A DNA stretch of 64,000 nucleotides from Octopus vulgaris (GCA_951406725.2 OX597817.1:64604001-64668000), one strand, 5' to 3'. Positions 26,570 to 40,913 are shown, numbered from the stretch's first letter. Made by a program: numbers and translations. The notes: generated from the letters alone by a model not told the origin.

Positions 26570-29510
26570 CTCACTAAAGTGAGTGGAGCTTTGGCCAGGT
26601 GGAACTGATATCATCAAATAGTATCCAATGACCATCAGATGTTTTAATTCTGAACCGTGACACCCTCCCATTGGTGGGTTAGCAGAGGTGGCCAAATCAC
26701 TGCTCCTAGCTTCCAAGCTCTTTCTTCTGACTCTCCCATCTTGCACACAGGAAAAGCCATGATTGCCATCCCTTCTCCCTGTAATACTGCAGAAAACTTT
26801 CATACTTGAATTCATAACCCTGATCACACCCTTCATCCCATGGGACTGTAAGCTCAATCAAGATTATTTTCCTTGCCTGTTCAGACCTCACACTATATTT
26901 GGCTTCAGGGTTGTATGGATAACTTGGGGAAACTAGTCTTTCCTGTAGGTCCACTTTCATATCCCATGATTGGAACCAATATAGTAGGCTATTTGTCCTT
27001 TTTGCTGTCCTCACTAACTTTTCTCCTTCTTTCACGAACTTGATTACTGCTGTTGTTTTCCTCTGATGATGGTCTTTCTTGAGCCTTTCTTGTTCCAGGT
27101 TGTGAGTAAGTGTTGCAAGCACCTTGTCGTGGCACCACTTGTATCTTCCTTGGTTAGGAGCTATTTTATACCTTGATGAGATGTTTACCAGACTGCCCCT
27201 TTCTCCACAAAGTCTACACAGATGGTCCCCTTCAAACCCAATCTGTATAGGTTTGTTGGTACTGGGAGTTTGTCATACACCACCTGCAGCAGAAGGAGAA
27301 AGATTCCAGTCTCCACAGGTCTGTCTATGTGACCTTCTGCTTGGGGAGGTCCCATTTAGCCTAGGATCCCTGGGATACCAGCTCCACAGCTCTTGACCTT
27401 CTTTCTTCCTCCTGGTTCTGTACTTTTGCATGGATCATGGCCCTCCTCTCCTTCGTATCTGTCTTATTAGAAATGGGAAGTGCTGAGACCCTGCCATCTT
27501 CTGCATGTAATTCCAATGATGTCATGTAACTTTAGCATGCTTTCACCCCAAACTTGTTGTGATACCTGCATGTCTGACACACTCATCCTGGAAGTTCCTG
27601 TACATCATTACAACTCTACATTTTGTAACCTTGAATTATTCTACCATGGCTATCCTTGCACTTGCAGTTTGATTATGTTTGTTAATTTACCTCTCCTGAT
27701 CACTAAACTCCTAGATTTCTTGGGTTTAAACTTCATTCTAGTCCATTTTTCCATGTGCTTAAGTGAAGTCAGCACCTGTTCTGCCTCTACATGGGTTGTG
27801 GTTGTCACTGTAAGGTATTCTATGAAACCCCTTATTGGATGTTGTTGGCTACCTGATTCCATTATTGGTCCTTGGACTTCTTTATCACTAGCAGTTATGA
27901 GAAGATTCATTTGAATGATGGAAAGGATGAGGGAAATTGTGTAACCAGTTATGATTCCTTTCTCCAGGTCTTGCTGAGTTGTAAAGTGTTTTGAAGTGTA
28001 ACTAGATGCCTCCAAAGTTGCTGTTGATTATTCCCTTGATGAGCAAAGGGACATGTTAGTAGTTTAGGGCTACATATATGAGGGCATAACAAATTGATCC
28101 ATATGCTTTTGCCAGATGTATCTATACTACTGTCAAGTCACCTTTGCTCTTCTTGGTCTCCCAGATCAGCTGGTTGAGAAGTCCAGTGTGTTCCAGACAT
28201 CCCAAGAAACCTGGAACCCAACCTTTCAGTCATTATTGAGGTCATCCTGTCAACTAATACTGAAAAGATTTTTTTCCCTCAACACTTAGATGTGAGATAG
28301 TTCTGGATTGGTTAATGGCTGAGAAATTTTCTTCAACATCCTTCTGGCTTCTTCCAAGATGATGGAATGATCCCTTTTATCCAGATCTTTCAGAACAGTG
28401 TCCACATTTTCCAAAGGAGCAAGAGGCATTGCTTGTATACTTTATAAGGTATATCACTTAGACCAGGAGCTGATCCTGATCTGGCCTTCTTCACCACCTC
28501 CTCCGCTTCTTTCCAGGATGGACAGTTGATGTTAAGCTTGTTTCCTGGTAATTCAGCTCTACTGATATTTGGGTTGATATTGAGGGTTTGGTTTCTGAGG
28601 TTGTCATTGTGTTACTCCCTTAGAAATGCTTCTATATCTTTCCTGGAGCTGGTCAATCTCTGTGATTAGGTCTCACCCAATTGTACTTAGGTGAACTGTG
28701 CCCATTTGGTCTACCTCTCTTTCCTTGACGTCTGGGTGCTTTCTGCCACCCTTCTAAATCTGTTCTGGTGTTCTTGGAGCTAACTTGTCAAATCTTTGAT
28801 GCCTTCCCTTTCTTTGGCAGGAGCTTTCTTATACTGCATCTTGAGGGTCTTGATTTCTCCCCTCATGTAGTGTCTCTCTTTCACTTCTGCTATGCTCCTT
28901 TTTGATTTTTATGGTAACTTGTCTGTCTTCTGTTCCGAAGCAATCTTCTACAAATTTGAATGTGATAGTTACAAAGGCATTCACTTTTTGCTCAGCAGTA
29001 CCTATTTGTGTGCATTCTAATACTTTGTCAAGGTCTCGGTTTAGTTGTTACCATTCCTTCATTTCATTCATCTTGGGCCATTAGATTCAGTCTCTTGCTA
29101 GGTGAGATTGGCCCTCTGAAATAGTATTGAATGGCTTGTCCCTCCTGAAGACGAGGTAACACAAACTTCTAGTTCTGTTGTGTGCTGAGCAACTTCCAGT
29201 TCTCCAGTGTCTCACTAGGTGCTACCACTGTGTGATGCATCTGTAGCTCCTCTTCTCCAGTCAGACCTGACACAGTGTATCTTGAGCCCATCTGCATTAT
29301 TGCAAATCTTTCCACAGAGATATTTTGCTCCCAGTACCTCCCCACTTAATGATGTTTGGGACAGTCTTTGTGTCTATAAATCATTCCTTGTCATTACCAT
29401 TGAGTCTCTCATCGTCCCCAACTCTTCAGAGACTCTGGAGGTGTTGCTTGCTCTTGTTCCCATGGCACCCTTTTCACAAGGGTTGTGCAAATATACCTAG
29501 CAGTCTTGCC
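26570..29510 (-). mobile_element. Decayed non-LTR retrotransposon with RT and restriction-like endonuclease (Hero/NeSL-like)
   Basis: RT segment LEKGIITGYTISLIL...MN and MKFKPKKSRSLVI; Zn-knuckle region ending WCHDKVL; RLE motif IILIELTVPWDE; many stops. Confidence 0.85.
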
Positions 29511-29516
29511 CTGTCA

Positions 29517-29569
<53 letters not shown>

Positions 29570-29574
29570 TTATT

Positions 29575-29905
29575 TTATTCTTTTATGTGTTTTGGTCATT
29601 TGACTACTGCTATGCTGGAGCACCACCTTAAAGTGTTTTAATCGAAGAAATCAACCCCACAACTTATTCTTTGTAAGCCTAGTACTTATTCTATCGGTCT
29701 CTTTTGCTGAACCAGTAAGTTACGGGTACATAAACACACCAACATCAGTTGTCAAGCGATGGTGGTGAGACAAACATAAACACAAAGACACACACACACA
29801 TAAATTTATATATATACGACAGGCTTCTTTCAATTTCCGCCTACCAAATCCACTCACAGTACTTTGGTTGGCCCAAAGCTATAGTAGAAAACACTTTCCC
29901 AAGGA
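29575..29905 (-). mobile_element. tRNA-SINE, 5' truncated
   Basis: Similarity to 7521-7916. Confidence 0.8.
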
Positions 29906-29951
29906 ACCGGACAGTAGATTTGGTTGATACAAAATGAAAGAAGCCTGTCAT

Positions 29952-30009
<58 letters not shown>

Positions 30010-30894
30010 GTGCTTCCTTCTCTTGAACATCACAAAATATAAACAAACATTAGTCATATAAGTGGTATCTTTCATGTCCATGTTCTGTGAAAACATGTCT
30101 TGGAAACAGGTGAAGATTGGCAACAGAAAGGGGATCTGGTCATAGAAGAGCTGCCTCAACAAGTTCCATCTGACCCATGGAAATGTGAAAAAGTGGACAT
30201 AAAATGATGATGATGATATAATACATGCATGTATATGTTTCATCATTGTTACAACATCCATTTTTCCATGCTTCCATGGATCAGATAGAATCTGTTAAGG
30301 CAGATTTTCTACAGCCAAATGCCCTTCCTGTAACCCACATTCAACTGTTTCCTAGGAAGATAATATTTTTCCATGACCAGACACATTTTGAAACACAGGA
30401 AACAATCAATGCTCATTTACGACCATTATACAATTTCAAGATAAGGATACACACACAGACACACAGACACACACACACACATGATAGCCTTCTTTCAGTT
30501 TTTATCTACCATACTCAATCACAAGGATTTCATCAGTTCAAGGCTTTAGTAGAAGACAGTTACTTAAGTGCTATGCAATGGGAGTGAACCTGAAACCACA
30601 TGGTTGAGAAGCAAATTCATACACACACACACACACACAAAGACAGAGATATAGGGAAAAAGAAAAAAGATAGAGAGAGGAAAAACAGAGATTCTTATAT
30701 ACATACATATTTAAATAAAAATAATTATCTAACTTAATAACTAGATGAATAGGCAAAAAAAAGCAGTTACAAAAGAGGCAAAGCTAGATAAAGAGAACAA
30801 GAGAAAGATGTATAGAACATAGAGAAAGATGTATAAATATACATATATATATATAAAGATATATGAAGATATATACATATATATATATACATAC

Positions 30895-30926
<32 letters not shown>

Positions 30927-31435
30927 GTACATGTGAAAGGAAATGCATACAGATGTGTTTATGTATACGTATGATAATGTGAATAAGATAGAGAGGTGGC
31001 GGTGGCAGTGGTGTGTATGTGTGTGTGTGTGAGTGTGTGTGCCGTACTACATGAGTGTGTGTGTGTGTGCTGTACTACATGAGTGTGTGTGCGTGTGTGT
31101 GAGTGTTTCTATTAAAGCTGAATACTTAGAAAATTTAATTTGTCGACTTTAATGACGCTACAGTTGACACTTGCCTTAGAGCTTGGCTGATGGACTCTAA
31201 CTGTTGAGTAACAGACACTGACAATGATGACCATGGCCACTACCATGACTATAACTATCATCACCACCACCACCACCACCATCACCCCCACCGCCAATAA
31301 CATCATCAGTATCATCACCATCACCATCACCATCACCAGGCTGAATTACTTGGGGATTGCTAACGGGCACTAAATCTAACTTCTTTGCTTTGATATTGAT
31401 ATGCAAAAGGATTTCCATTCCAAAACTAATGATAC

Positions 31436-31449
31436 GTTTCCATAGTGAC
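31436..31449. promoter_or_regulatory. RFX X-box-like motif
   Basis: GTTTCCATAGTGAC fits RTHNYYWTRRNRAC, in unique sequence; a motif match only. Confidence 0.3.
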
Positions 31450-31730
31450 AAGCAAAGCAGGGGATCATATGTATTTACTGGCTCGTTTTCTATTTGATGA
31501 GTGACCTATTTTAATCACAGAGATGACATTTGGCTGTTGTTTTCATTCTTGTTTCTGTGTAAACCCCCACTGTTTTCACAATTTTGTTTTTTCCGTTATT
31601 TATCACTGTTACGTACCCTTAATTCATTGCCCTTCTGACAAATAAAGATTATTATTTTTTATTTAATTATTTACTTATCCTCCTCCTCCTCCTCGTTGTC
31701 ATCATCACCACCACCACCACCACCACCACC

Positions 31731-31764
<34 letters not shown>

Positions 31765-32104
31765 TCATCATCATTATCATCATCATCATCATAGCCCAGT
31801 TCACACAAGCATGGAAGCTGGTAGTGATGGTGGTAGTGGTGGCGGCAGTGGTGGTGGTGGTGGTTGTAGTGGTGATGGTGGGGGCAGTGGCAGTGATGAT
31901 GATGATGATTGTTGTTTATTGGAGATAATGAGTATTTTTACTATAGTTATGGTTATGTTTACTTTTAATTGTAATTCAAGATTTTTTTCTGACTTTTAAA
32001 ATATTCTTCTTTTCTTTCACATTTTCAGGGATGTTCTTTAATTGAGATAACCAATTTCTTTTGCTTTAATTTATAAACTGAGAAGCATGTGCTTACATAT
32101 ACAT

Positions 32105-32153
<49 letters not shown>

Positions 32154-32397
32154 ATGTGTGTGTGTATGTATATATGTATATATCATCATCATCGTTTAAC
32201 GTCCGTTTTCCATGCTAGCATGGGTTGGATGGTTCAACTGGGGTCTGGGAAGCCAGAAGGCTGCGCCAGGCCCAGTCTGATCTGGCAGTGTTTCTACAGC
32301 TGGATGCCCTTCCTAACGCCAACCACTCCGTGAGTGTAGTGGGTGCTTTTTGTGTGTGTGTGTATGTATATATGTATATATATATATATATATATAT

Positions 32398-32617
32398 TCT
32401 TTTATTCTTTTACTTGTTTCAGTCATTTAACTGCGGCCATGCTGGAGAACCGCCTTTAGTTGAATCAAATCAACCCCAGGACTTATTCTTTGTAAGCCTA
32501 GTACTTATTCTATCGGTCATATTGCCGACCGCTAAGTTACAGGAACCTAAACACACCAGCATCGGTTGTCAAGCAATGTTGGGGGGGGGGGGGGGCAAAT
32601 ACAGATACACAACATAT

Positions 32618-32673
<56 letters not shown>

Positions 32674-32768
32674 CAGTTTCTGTCTACCAAATCCACTCAC
32701 AAGGCTTTGGTCGGCCTAAGGCTATAGTAGAAGACACTTGTCCAAGGTACCACACAGCCACTCCTGCG

Positions 32769-32770
<2 letters not shown>
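32398..32770 (-). mobile_element. tRNA-SINE with internal deletion
   Basis: Similarity to 7521-7916. Confidence 0.8.
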
Positions 32771-32819
<49 letters not shown>

Positions 32820-33120
32820 GCATGTATGTATGTATGTATGTATGTATGTATGTATGTATGTATGTATGTATGTATGTATGTATGTATGTATGTATGTATG
32901 TATGTATGTATGTATGTATGTATGTATTGGCTGAGTAGTCCACTGTGCTGAGTGGTTGGTGTAAGAAAGGGCAGCCGCTGTAAATATCCCGCCAAAACAG
33001 TTGCAGAAGTCTGGTGCAGGCCTCTGCCTGGCCAGCTCCTGTCAAACCATCTTACCCATGGTAGTATGGAAGGTGGTGGTTAAATGATGATATATGTGTG
33101 TGTGTGTGCATGTGCGTATA

Positions 33121-33156
<36 letters not shown>

Positions 33157-33212
33157 CATACACACACATATACACATACATACATACATACATACATACA
33201 TACTTACATATC

Positions 33213-34225
33213 CTAGCAGAGAAACCTGGCATTGCTGAGGATTAAAATGGCATAGTTTTTTTATTGTTTTGCTTGTTTCAGTCATGTGATTGTGGACATA
33301 CTGGAGCACAACCTTTAGTTGAAGAAATCAACCCCAGGATTTATTCTTTGTAAGCCAGGTACTTATTCTATCGGTGTTTTTGTCAAACAGCTAGGTTACA
33401 GAGACATAAACACAGCAACATTTGTTGTCAAGGGATGGTGGGGTACAAACATAGTTACACAGACCGACAGACACACACACACACATGTATACATATGTAT
33501 ACATACACACAAACACACACACATATATATATATACATACACATATATATACGAGCAAAACGGTGCTGAGTTGTCAAACATTTAAACCAAATTTTCTCAA
33601 AACAACTTGTCCAACCATCCAATAGGACTCCCTTTTGAGAAACACTGATTTAACCTAAATTTGAGACACCAGCAAAAGAAGAAATAAAGATAGACTTTTT
33701 ATCTATTCCAAAGAAAAGCGATTTTATTCACACAAATATGCAACCAAAAAGTTTAAAGTACTAGTAATGATAAGGCTGTTGACTGGGAGAACACAAACAT
33801 GGTTTAAACAGTAAGCTTGGCAGGAAAGAAATGTGCCTTTAAGCAGTACAAAAATAACAAAAAATGGAAAATGCAGTAATGTACAGGTTGACAGAAGAAA
33901 AGCAAGACAAAAATGATGCATGCAAATGGGTTAGCTGGAAGTACGTCTAGATGGAAAAGAATGATTTTTTTTTGCACAAACTGCACGTAAATTTTTCTCG
34001 CATACACGAAGTATCGATCGCAACAGCTGATGTACTTGCACATAAAAATGCACGTTTCCATGTCTTTAATGATCGCATTCTCACCTGGAATCGATTTTTT
34101 GTAAATTTTTCAAGACTTATACATGCCCTGATACCGTCGGTATCTACATATCAAATTTGAGCGCAATCAGATGGAGGATCCTAGAAGACACACAGACAGA
34201 CAAAATGGATTTTATACAATATAAA
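33213..34225 (-). mobile_element. Old Helitron-type element interrupted by a SINE
   Basis: CTAG plus degenerate hairpin (CCTGGCATTGCTGAGG) at 33213; ACAGACAGACA...TTTTATA block near 34195-34225 like the 4316-4676 end. Confidence 0.45.
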
Positions 34226-34281
34226 TATTTTCTTTTTGTAACATATTTCTACTATATATACATATATACATATATATTTGT

Positions 34282-34773
34282 GACCCCCTTCGGTCATGAA
34301 TGACCATGGGATTGCACCTAGAAAGTTACCCTCTGAGGCACAAATCTAGGCAAGGTTGTTTATGGAAGACCAGCAGTCGCCCACGCATACTAACCTCCCC
34401 TCTCCACACCACCGATGTTATCCAAGGGAAAGGCAAAGGCCGATACAGCTTGGCATCAGTGACATCGCAGCTCATTTATTAACTGGCTGAGGACTCCACA
34501 GACACTTAACGTAGTTCTCGGGGAGATTCAGTGTGACAAAGAGTGTGACAAGGCTGGCCCTTTGAAATATAGGTACAGAGAAACAGGAAGAAAGAGTGAG
34601 AGAAAGTTGTGGTGAAAGGGTACAGCAGGGTTCACCACCACCCCCTGCCGGAGCCTCATGGAGTTTTAGGTGTTTTCGCTCAATAAACACTCACAATGCC
34701 CGGTCTGGGAATCGAAACCATGATCCTATGACCATGAGTCCGCTGCCCTAACCACTGGGCCATTGCTCCTCCA
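34282..34773 (-). mobile_element. tRNA-derived SINE (second family, long form)
   Basis: Head TGGCCCAGTGGTTAGGGCAGCGGAC...TTCGATTCC; 3' end ...CATTCATGACCGAAGGGG shared with 36195-36530 and 48420-48468. Confidence 0.85.
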
Positions 34774-34781
34774 CATATACA

Positions 34782-34823
<42 letters not shown>

Positions 34824-34839
34824 TATAAATATAAAGTAT

Positions 34840-36090
34840 GGGGGTTTAGTTTACAGGTGGTCTAAACAATTAGGTACTCTAGGTAAGTGCTGTAACGGAT
34901 TATTCTTTACTTCCTTCCTCTATGTGTGCAGCAGATGCACAAGGGCAATAAACACTGCAGATGCTCAGAAAACTAATTCCATTTCATGCCAGGGGGAGAA
35001 ACTAGAAGTAGTTCATAGCTTCCGCTAGCTCGGTGACTAAGTATGTAGTGGAGATGGATGCTCAGAGAGCTTTACCACTACAATATGTATAGCCTGGACA
35101 AAGTTCAGAAAGCTCCTGCCTCTACTGGTGACAAAGGCCTCTTATGCAGAGTAAAAGGTAGATTGTACAATGCATGTGTGCAAACTGCCATGCTACACGG
35201 CAGTGAAACATGGGCTGAGACTGCAGAAGACATGCATAAGCTTGAAAGAAATGAAGCTCGTATGATCTGCTCGATGTGTAATGTCAGTGTGCATACATGA
35301 CAGAGTGTAAATGCTCTGAGAGAAATGTTGGACATAAGAAGCATCAGATGTGGTGAGCAAGAGAGATGACTACGCTGGTATGGTCATGTGCTACGTATGG
35401 ATGAGGAGAGCTGTATGAAGAAGTGTCACTCCCTAACAGTGGAAGGAACCTGAGGAAGAGGGAAACCCAGGAAGACATAGGATAAGGTGGTGAAGCATGA
35501 CCTTCGAACGTTGGGCCTCACAGAGGCAATGATGAAAGACTGAGACCTCTGAAGATATGCTGTGATTAAGAAGACCCAGCAAGGAAAGTGAGATCACAAC
35601 CATAGCCTACACTAGTGTTGCATAACCAGCCCATTTAAAAAGTACCTTTGAATCGTTAGGTGACATTCCATGCATGAGGAAACCGAATGAGTCAAGTAAA
35701 TCAAAATCAAATCAAATCACAATCAAATGGAAATTGTAGTTGGCAGCGTTACCAGTGCTGGTGGCACGCAATAAGCCCCATTCATTCATGTGTGGGTCGG
35801 TTGCCAGAGTCACCTGACTGGTTCTCCGTGTCAGTGGGACATAAAAAGCACCATTCAAATGTGACCGATGCTAGTGCCACCTGACTGGCTCCTATGTCAC
35901 TGGCACATAAAAAGCACCCACTACACTCTGAGAGTGGTTGATGTATGGAAGGGCATCCAGCTGTAGAAACATTGCCAGATTAAATTGGAGCCTGGTGTGG
36001 CCTCCTGGCTTGCCAGTCTCCAGTCAAACCGTGTCCAACCCATGCCAGCATGGGAGACGGACATTAAACAATGATAATGATAATGATGAT
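34840..36090 (+). mobile_element. RTE-clade LINE 3' portion with (GAT)n tail
   Basis: RVKGRLYNACVQTAMLHGSETW...KLERNEARM, LRWYGHVLRM, RGKPRKT motifs with stops. Confidence 0.88.
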
Positions 36091-36132
36091 GATATATACA
36101 TAAATTTACATATATGTATACATAAATATATG

Positions 36133-36180
<48 letters not shown>

Positions 36181-36534
36181 TATGAGGAGGAGGCAACCCC
36201 CTTCGGTCATGAATGACTATGAGACTGCACCTAGAAAGTTACCCTCTGTGGCACAAGTCAGGGCAAGACTGTTTGTGGAAGGTTAGCAGTCGCCCATGCA
36301 TACCAGCTTTCCCTCTCCACACCACTGATGTTATCCAAGGGCAAGGTAAAAGGTGATACAGCTTGGCACCAGTGATGTCACAACTCGTTTCTACAGCTCA
36401 ATTAACTGGAGCAAAGCGAAATAAAGTGTCTTGTTCAAGAACACAACACATAGCCCAGACCAGGAATCAAACTCACAACCTCACAATTGTAAGCTCTATG
36501 CTCTAACCACTGAGCCATATGCCTTCACACATAA

Positions 36535-36635
<101 letters not shown>

Positions 36636-37614
36636 TATATAGACATATATACATATATATAACCAACGAAAATTGCAAAGATAATATGGAATTCGACTGA
36701 GGATAGAAAACTCCGAATGACCCGTCCTTGTTTTCCTTGTTTTCTGTCTGGATATTTTGTTGTCTCTTTTTTGTATCACCTAACTGTTTGGATGCTTTGC
36801 ATTCTGTCCCATTTTAGTATTTTTTATATATACACACATAAACATAGATATATACATATTGATTTATATATATACATCTATACATATACATCTATATATA
36901 TACATATAAATACATACATATATATACATAAATATGTACACATATGTATACACATATATACATGCATACATATAATACATATATATGCATACATATGATT
37001 GATTCCAGTTTCAGCTTATGAGCTGTGGCCATGCTGGGGCACCGATATATATTTTTTTTTTTTATAATATATTATTAATATTAGGAAATCAATATCAGAA
37101 AACTCCTCAGAAAGATATACACATGTGAAAAATAATTGTTGTATTAAAAATATATAAATAAATAAATATGAATATGTATAAGAATATACGTACATATATA
37201 TAAGTATAAATATATAATGTATATGACAGTTTTATGTTATGAACTATATTTGGATTACCAGATAATATAATAGATTTTATACAAAAGTATTATGGATTGC
37301 TACAGAGGAATTACCAAGAAGACATACATGAATTTCAAGATTCTCGTGTTAAATTGTACACAAATTTCACATTTCTAAACTCACTATATGAACTTATATT
37401 TGGAATACAAGACAATATAACGGATTTTACAAATGAATATTGTGGATTATTGCAGAAGACTAACCAAGGAAGTATATATGGATTTAAAGACTCTCATCAA
37501 AAACAGTAATTTTTAATTTTTAGTTTATATTTCAAACAAACACCATTTTATAGTATTACTTCAAATTTTTTTTTAAAAACTACCATTCGATATGTTATAC
37601 AAAATTCAAAACCT

Positions 37615-37709
37615 TATATCTCTGAAGAGTAGAAGAGTTATCTATAAATGCTTATCAATATAGGATTTCATTATAGGGACAACACTTCTGCGAAACGATC
37701 GTATGATGC
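37615..37709 (+). ncRNA. Type I hammerhead ribozyme motif
   Basis: ATATCT-CTGAAGA(37622-28)-stem II GTAGAAG/CTTCTGC-GAAAC(37692-96)-GATC-GTA-TGATG; intact core, U-U mismatch at the base of stem I. Confidence 0.75.
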
Positions 37710-37772
37710 TTTAAAAACTTAATTCATCTCCAGCTAGATAACAACACCCACCCCATTTTCCCCAACCCACCC

Positions 37773-38260
37773 TTGCCCTCTTTTAAATGCACCTGTAACT
37801 TACATGATCTACTGGTCTGTAGCACCTTCCCCTCTTCCATCCCAGCCCAACTTGGATCCTTCCTTTGCTCTAGATCCCACTGTCACACCTGCCCCTTTGT
37901 CACCAACACCACCTTCCTCACTGGATCCAACCAACACACCGTCCATATTAGAAACTCCTTCTCCTGCACTTCTTCCAGCTTTATCTATTACATTACATGT
38001 AATCTCTGCAGCAAATTCTACATTGGTCAGACAGACCTCCGGCTGGCCAACCGGTTCACTGAACATCTACGAGATGTTCGGCTATGTATGAACATCCCCA
38101 TCGCAGGTCATTTCTGCTTGGCCAACCACTCCACCTCTCCATTTTAGCCTTGCCCTGCACCACAGATCCACACACTCCTAACTCTGCCTGGAACAGCGAT
38201 ACATTTTCAATCTACAAATACAAACTCCTTTCAGACTCAACACAAGCCCCTCCTCTTAAC
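37773..38260 (+). pseudogene. GIY-YIG endonuclease remnant of a Penelope-like retroelement
   Basis: C..SHCHTCP...FSCTSSSFIYYITCNLCSKFYIGQT..RLANRFTEHLRDVR...PIAGHF. Confidence 0.9.
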
Positions 38261-38579
38261 AACTATCTCTACACCCTCCTTAAAAATTTTTATCTTATTT
38301 TATCCTATCTTATATTCACTCACTTCTTACACTTTTATTCTTTTTTTATTTTTTATTGTTTTTCCCATGAAATTTTTTAATTGCATTATTTTTTTACTTG
38401 TGCTAATTTTTTATAATTGTATCAATTTCTATTTTATCCCTTTAATTTTTATTTTTTATAATCTTATCTGTTATTTTTGTATTTTTCATTCATTAATTTT
38501 ATTTTTTCATCTTGTACTGTTTACCTTTCTTTCCCTATTTTTTGTATCATTCCTATTATATTTTATTCTATTTCTGTAT

Positions 38580-39480
38580 ACATGCACACATACATACACA
38601 CAAGTACATATACACACACACACACGCACAAATACATGCATGCGCACACACATGAATGCACATATACCTCCCACACATACTACACACACACACATACACA
38701 CACGTACATACATGCACACACACATGCACACAAACACACTCACACACATGCATGCACACACGCATACACATATACCTCCATACGCACAACCTCATGCACA
38801 TATACACACACATGCACACATACATATACATATATATACACAGGCACACACATATACACGCATGCATACACACATGAACATACATATAACTCCCACACAC
38901 ACATACATGTGCACGCACACATCTACACACACGCATGCACACACACATACACATGCACAGGAATGACATATACCTCCACACACACAACCCCACATACACA
39001 TGGCATACACTCACACACACACATATGCACATGCACATGAATGTGCACATACCTCCCACACACACATACATGCACACGCACACACACACATGCAGACATA
39101 CATGCAGGAACACATATACCTCCACACACAACCCCACTCTCATACACACATGCACATACACACATGTACACACACGCATACACCCAGATGCACGTACGCA
39201 CACACGCAAAACACACACACACAACATACACAGACACACACACACAACATACACAGACACACACACATACACATACTTCAAACGGCCAGTCAGTCACTTT
39301 TCCACTGACCATTCCTCTATGCACATGTGAAGAAACATACAACTACACAAAAGACCACCACTCCTGTTACCATGCTGCTGAATTCTTCCTACAACATTAA
39401 CAGACACAAAGTTCACTCACACATACACATATAGACAGCCAACACCACACACACACACTTGCGCGCATGCACATACCCAC
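38580..39480. repeat. Long degenerate (CA/TA/CATG)n tract with recurring ACATATACCTCC unit
   Basis: Direct observation; lies between the GIY-YIG remnant and the downstream hammerhead-like motif. Confidence 0.9.
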
Positions 39481-39611
39481 GCATACCTCCTTCTCCTTAC
39501 ATTTTCCTGTCTTAAAAAGAACTTTAACCTTACCCATGCCCTTCCAGTCATTTCAAAATGTAACTACATGTGAATCGTTCGCGATTTTTTCTTTCGTCTT
39601 CCTTTTCTCTT

Positions 39612-39646
39612 GTTTCTGAAGAAGAGCTTTGCCCGAAACATGAAAC
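39612..39646 (+). ncRNA. Degenerate minimal hammerhead-like motif at 3' end of Penelope-like element
   Basis: GTTT-CTGAAGA-A-GAGC-TTT-GCCC-GAAAC-ATG-AAAC; flanks homologous to 13915-14112. Confidence 0.5.
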
Positions 39647-39736
39647 TACATTTCTTTCCTTCCCTGAGCATCTGTTAATACTTTGCATGTACCATGTCCT
39701 CACATTGTTTTTTCTTTTGGATTAATTGTACATATA

Positions 39737-39786
<50 letters not shown>

Positions 39787-39924
39787 CTCACCATGATAGA
39801 TCACTAGCCACTCAACCTCTTTCTATTTTCTCCCCTTCACAAGGGGTGCACTTGTGTGCCCCAGAAACAAGGCTCCTTTCATCAGCTTTCTTGAGCATTT
39901 GGTCTTTACTCATAACTGCTTCAG

Positions 39925-40143
39925 CAAATCTGCACATATACACACATTTGTACAAAAATACCCTGATGGTGTTGTTGAAATTCCAATGAAGGAGCCTTGG
40001 ATCAAGGTTAGAAAGCTTTATTTCAAGATTCTTGCCAATAGAGAAAGAGCCAGTTTCTAACTTTGATCCAAGGCTCCTTCATTGGAATTTCAACAATACC
40101 AACAGGGTATTTTTGTACAAATGTGTGTATATGTGCAGATTTG
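39925..40143. repeat. 90-bp inverted repeat with 39-nt loop
   Basis: 39925-40014 versus 40054-40143: 3 mismatches. Confidence 0.95.
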
Positions 40144-40842
40144 TATGTTTTGTTTTATGTATATCTTCTCATGCATGTACTTGCATATCTAGACATGTTC
40201 ATATATACTTAAATGATAAACTCCTGGAAGGTTTTACAGATTTTTAAAGTTCCAATGATGGCTTGAATCTATAAACTTTGAATCAGCTTTCTCCTTTCTG
40301 GATTTCAGAAGCCTAATTTCTCAAGATTGGTATTTAGGCAGTGTGTTACATATCTCAGTGCCTCAAAAATTACAGGTATAAATCTGAACATATGTATGTA
40401 TGTATGTATGAATGTATGTATGTATCTATAACCCAAAAGTCGTGAAGGTTTTGCTAATTCATTTATATTCTGCTTTAAATTTACTAGACCTTAGTACGAT
40501 ACACAGTTTGTATATAGGAAATATATGTACATTAAGTGTGAAAAATCACATCGTATATTACAAATAAAAAATGTAATTAAGACAAATTTATCAAAATTTC
40601 AGACCTCCTTGCAACTTTTGGGGCACCTCTAAATGTTTACCATTGACAAACAAAAAATATTGTTGAAACTAGTTTGGTAAGTAATTATCAATTACAAATA
40701 TTCACCACAGATAGTATAAACAATAGTAATATCTTATTTCAAATGTAAGCATTTGAATATTTGTTCATATATATATATCATGCCAGCATGGAAGGCACAT
40801 GTTAAACAATGATGATGATGATTATATCATGATGATTATGAA

Positions 40843-40913
<71 letters not shown>

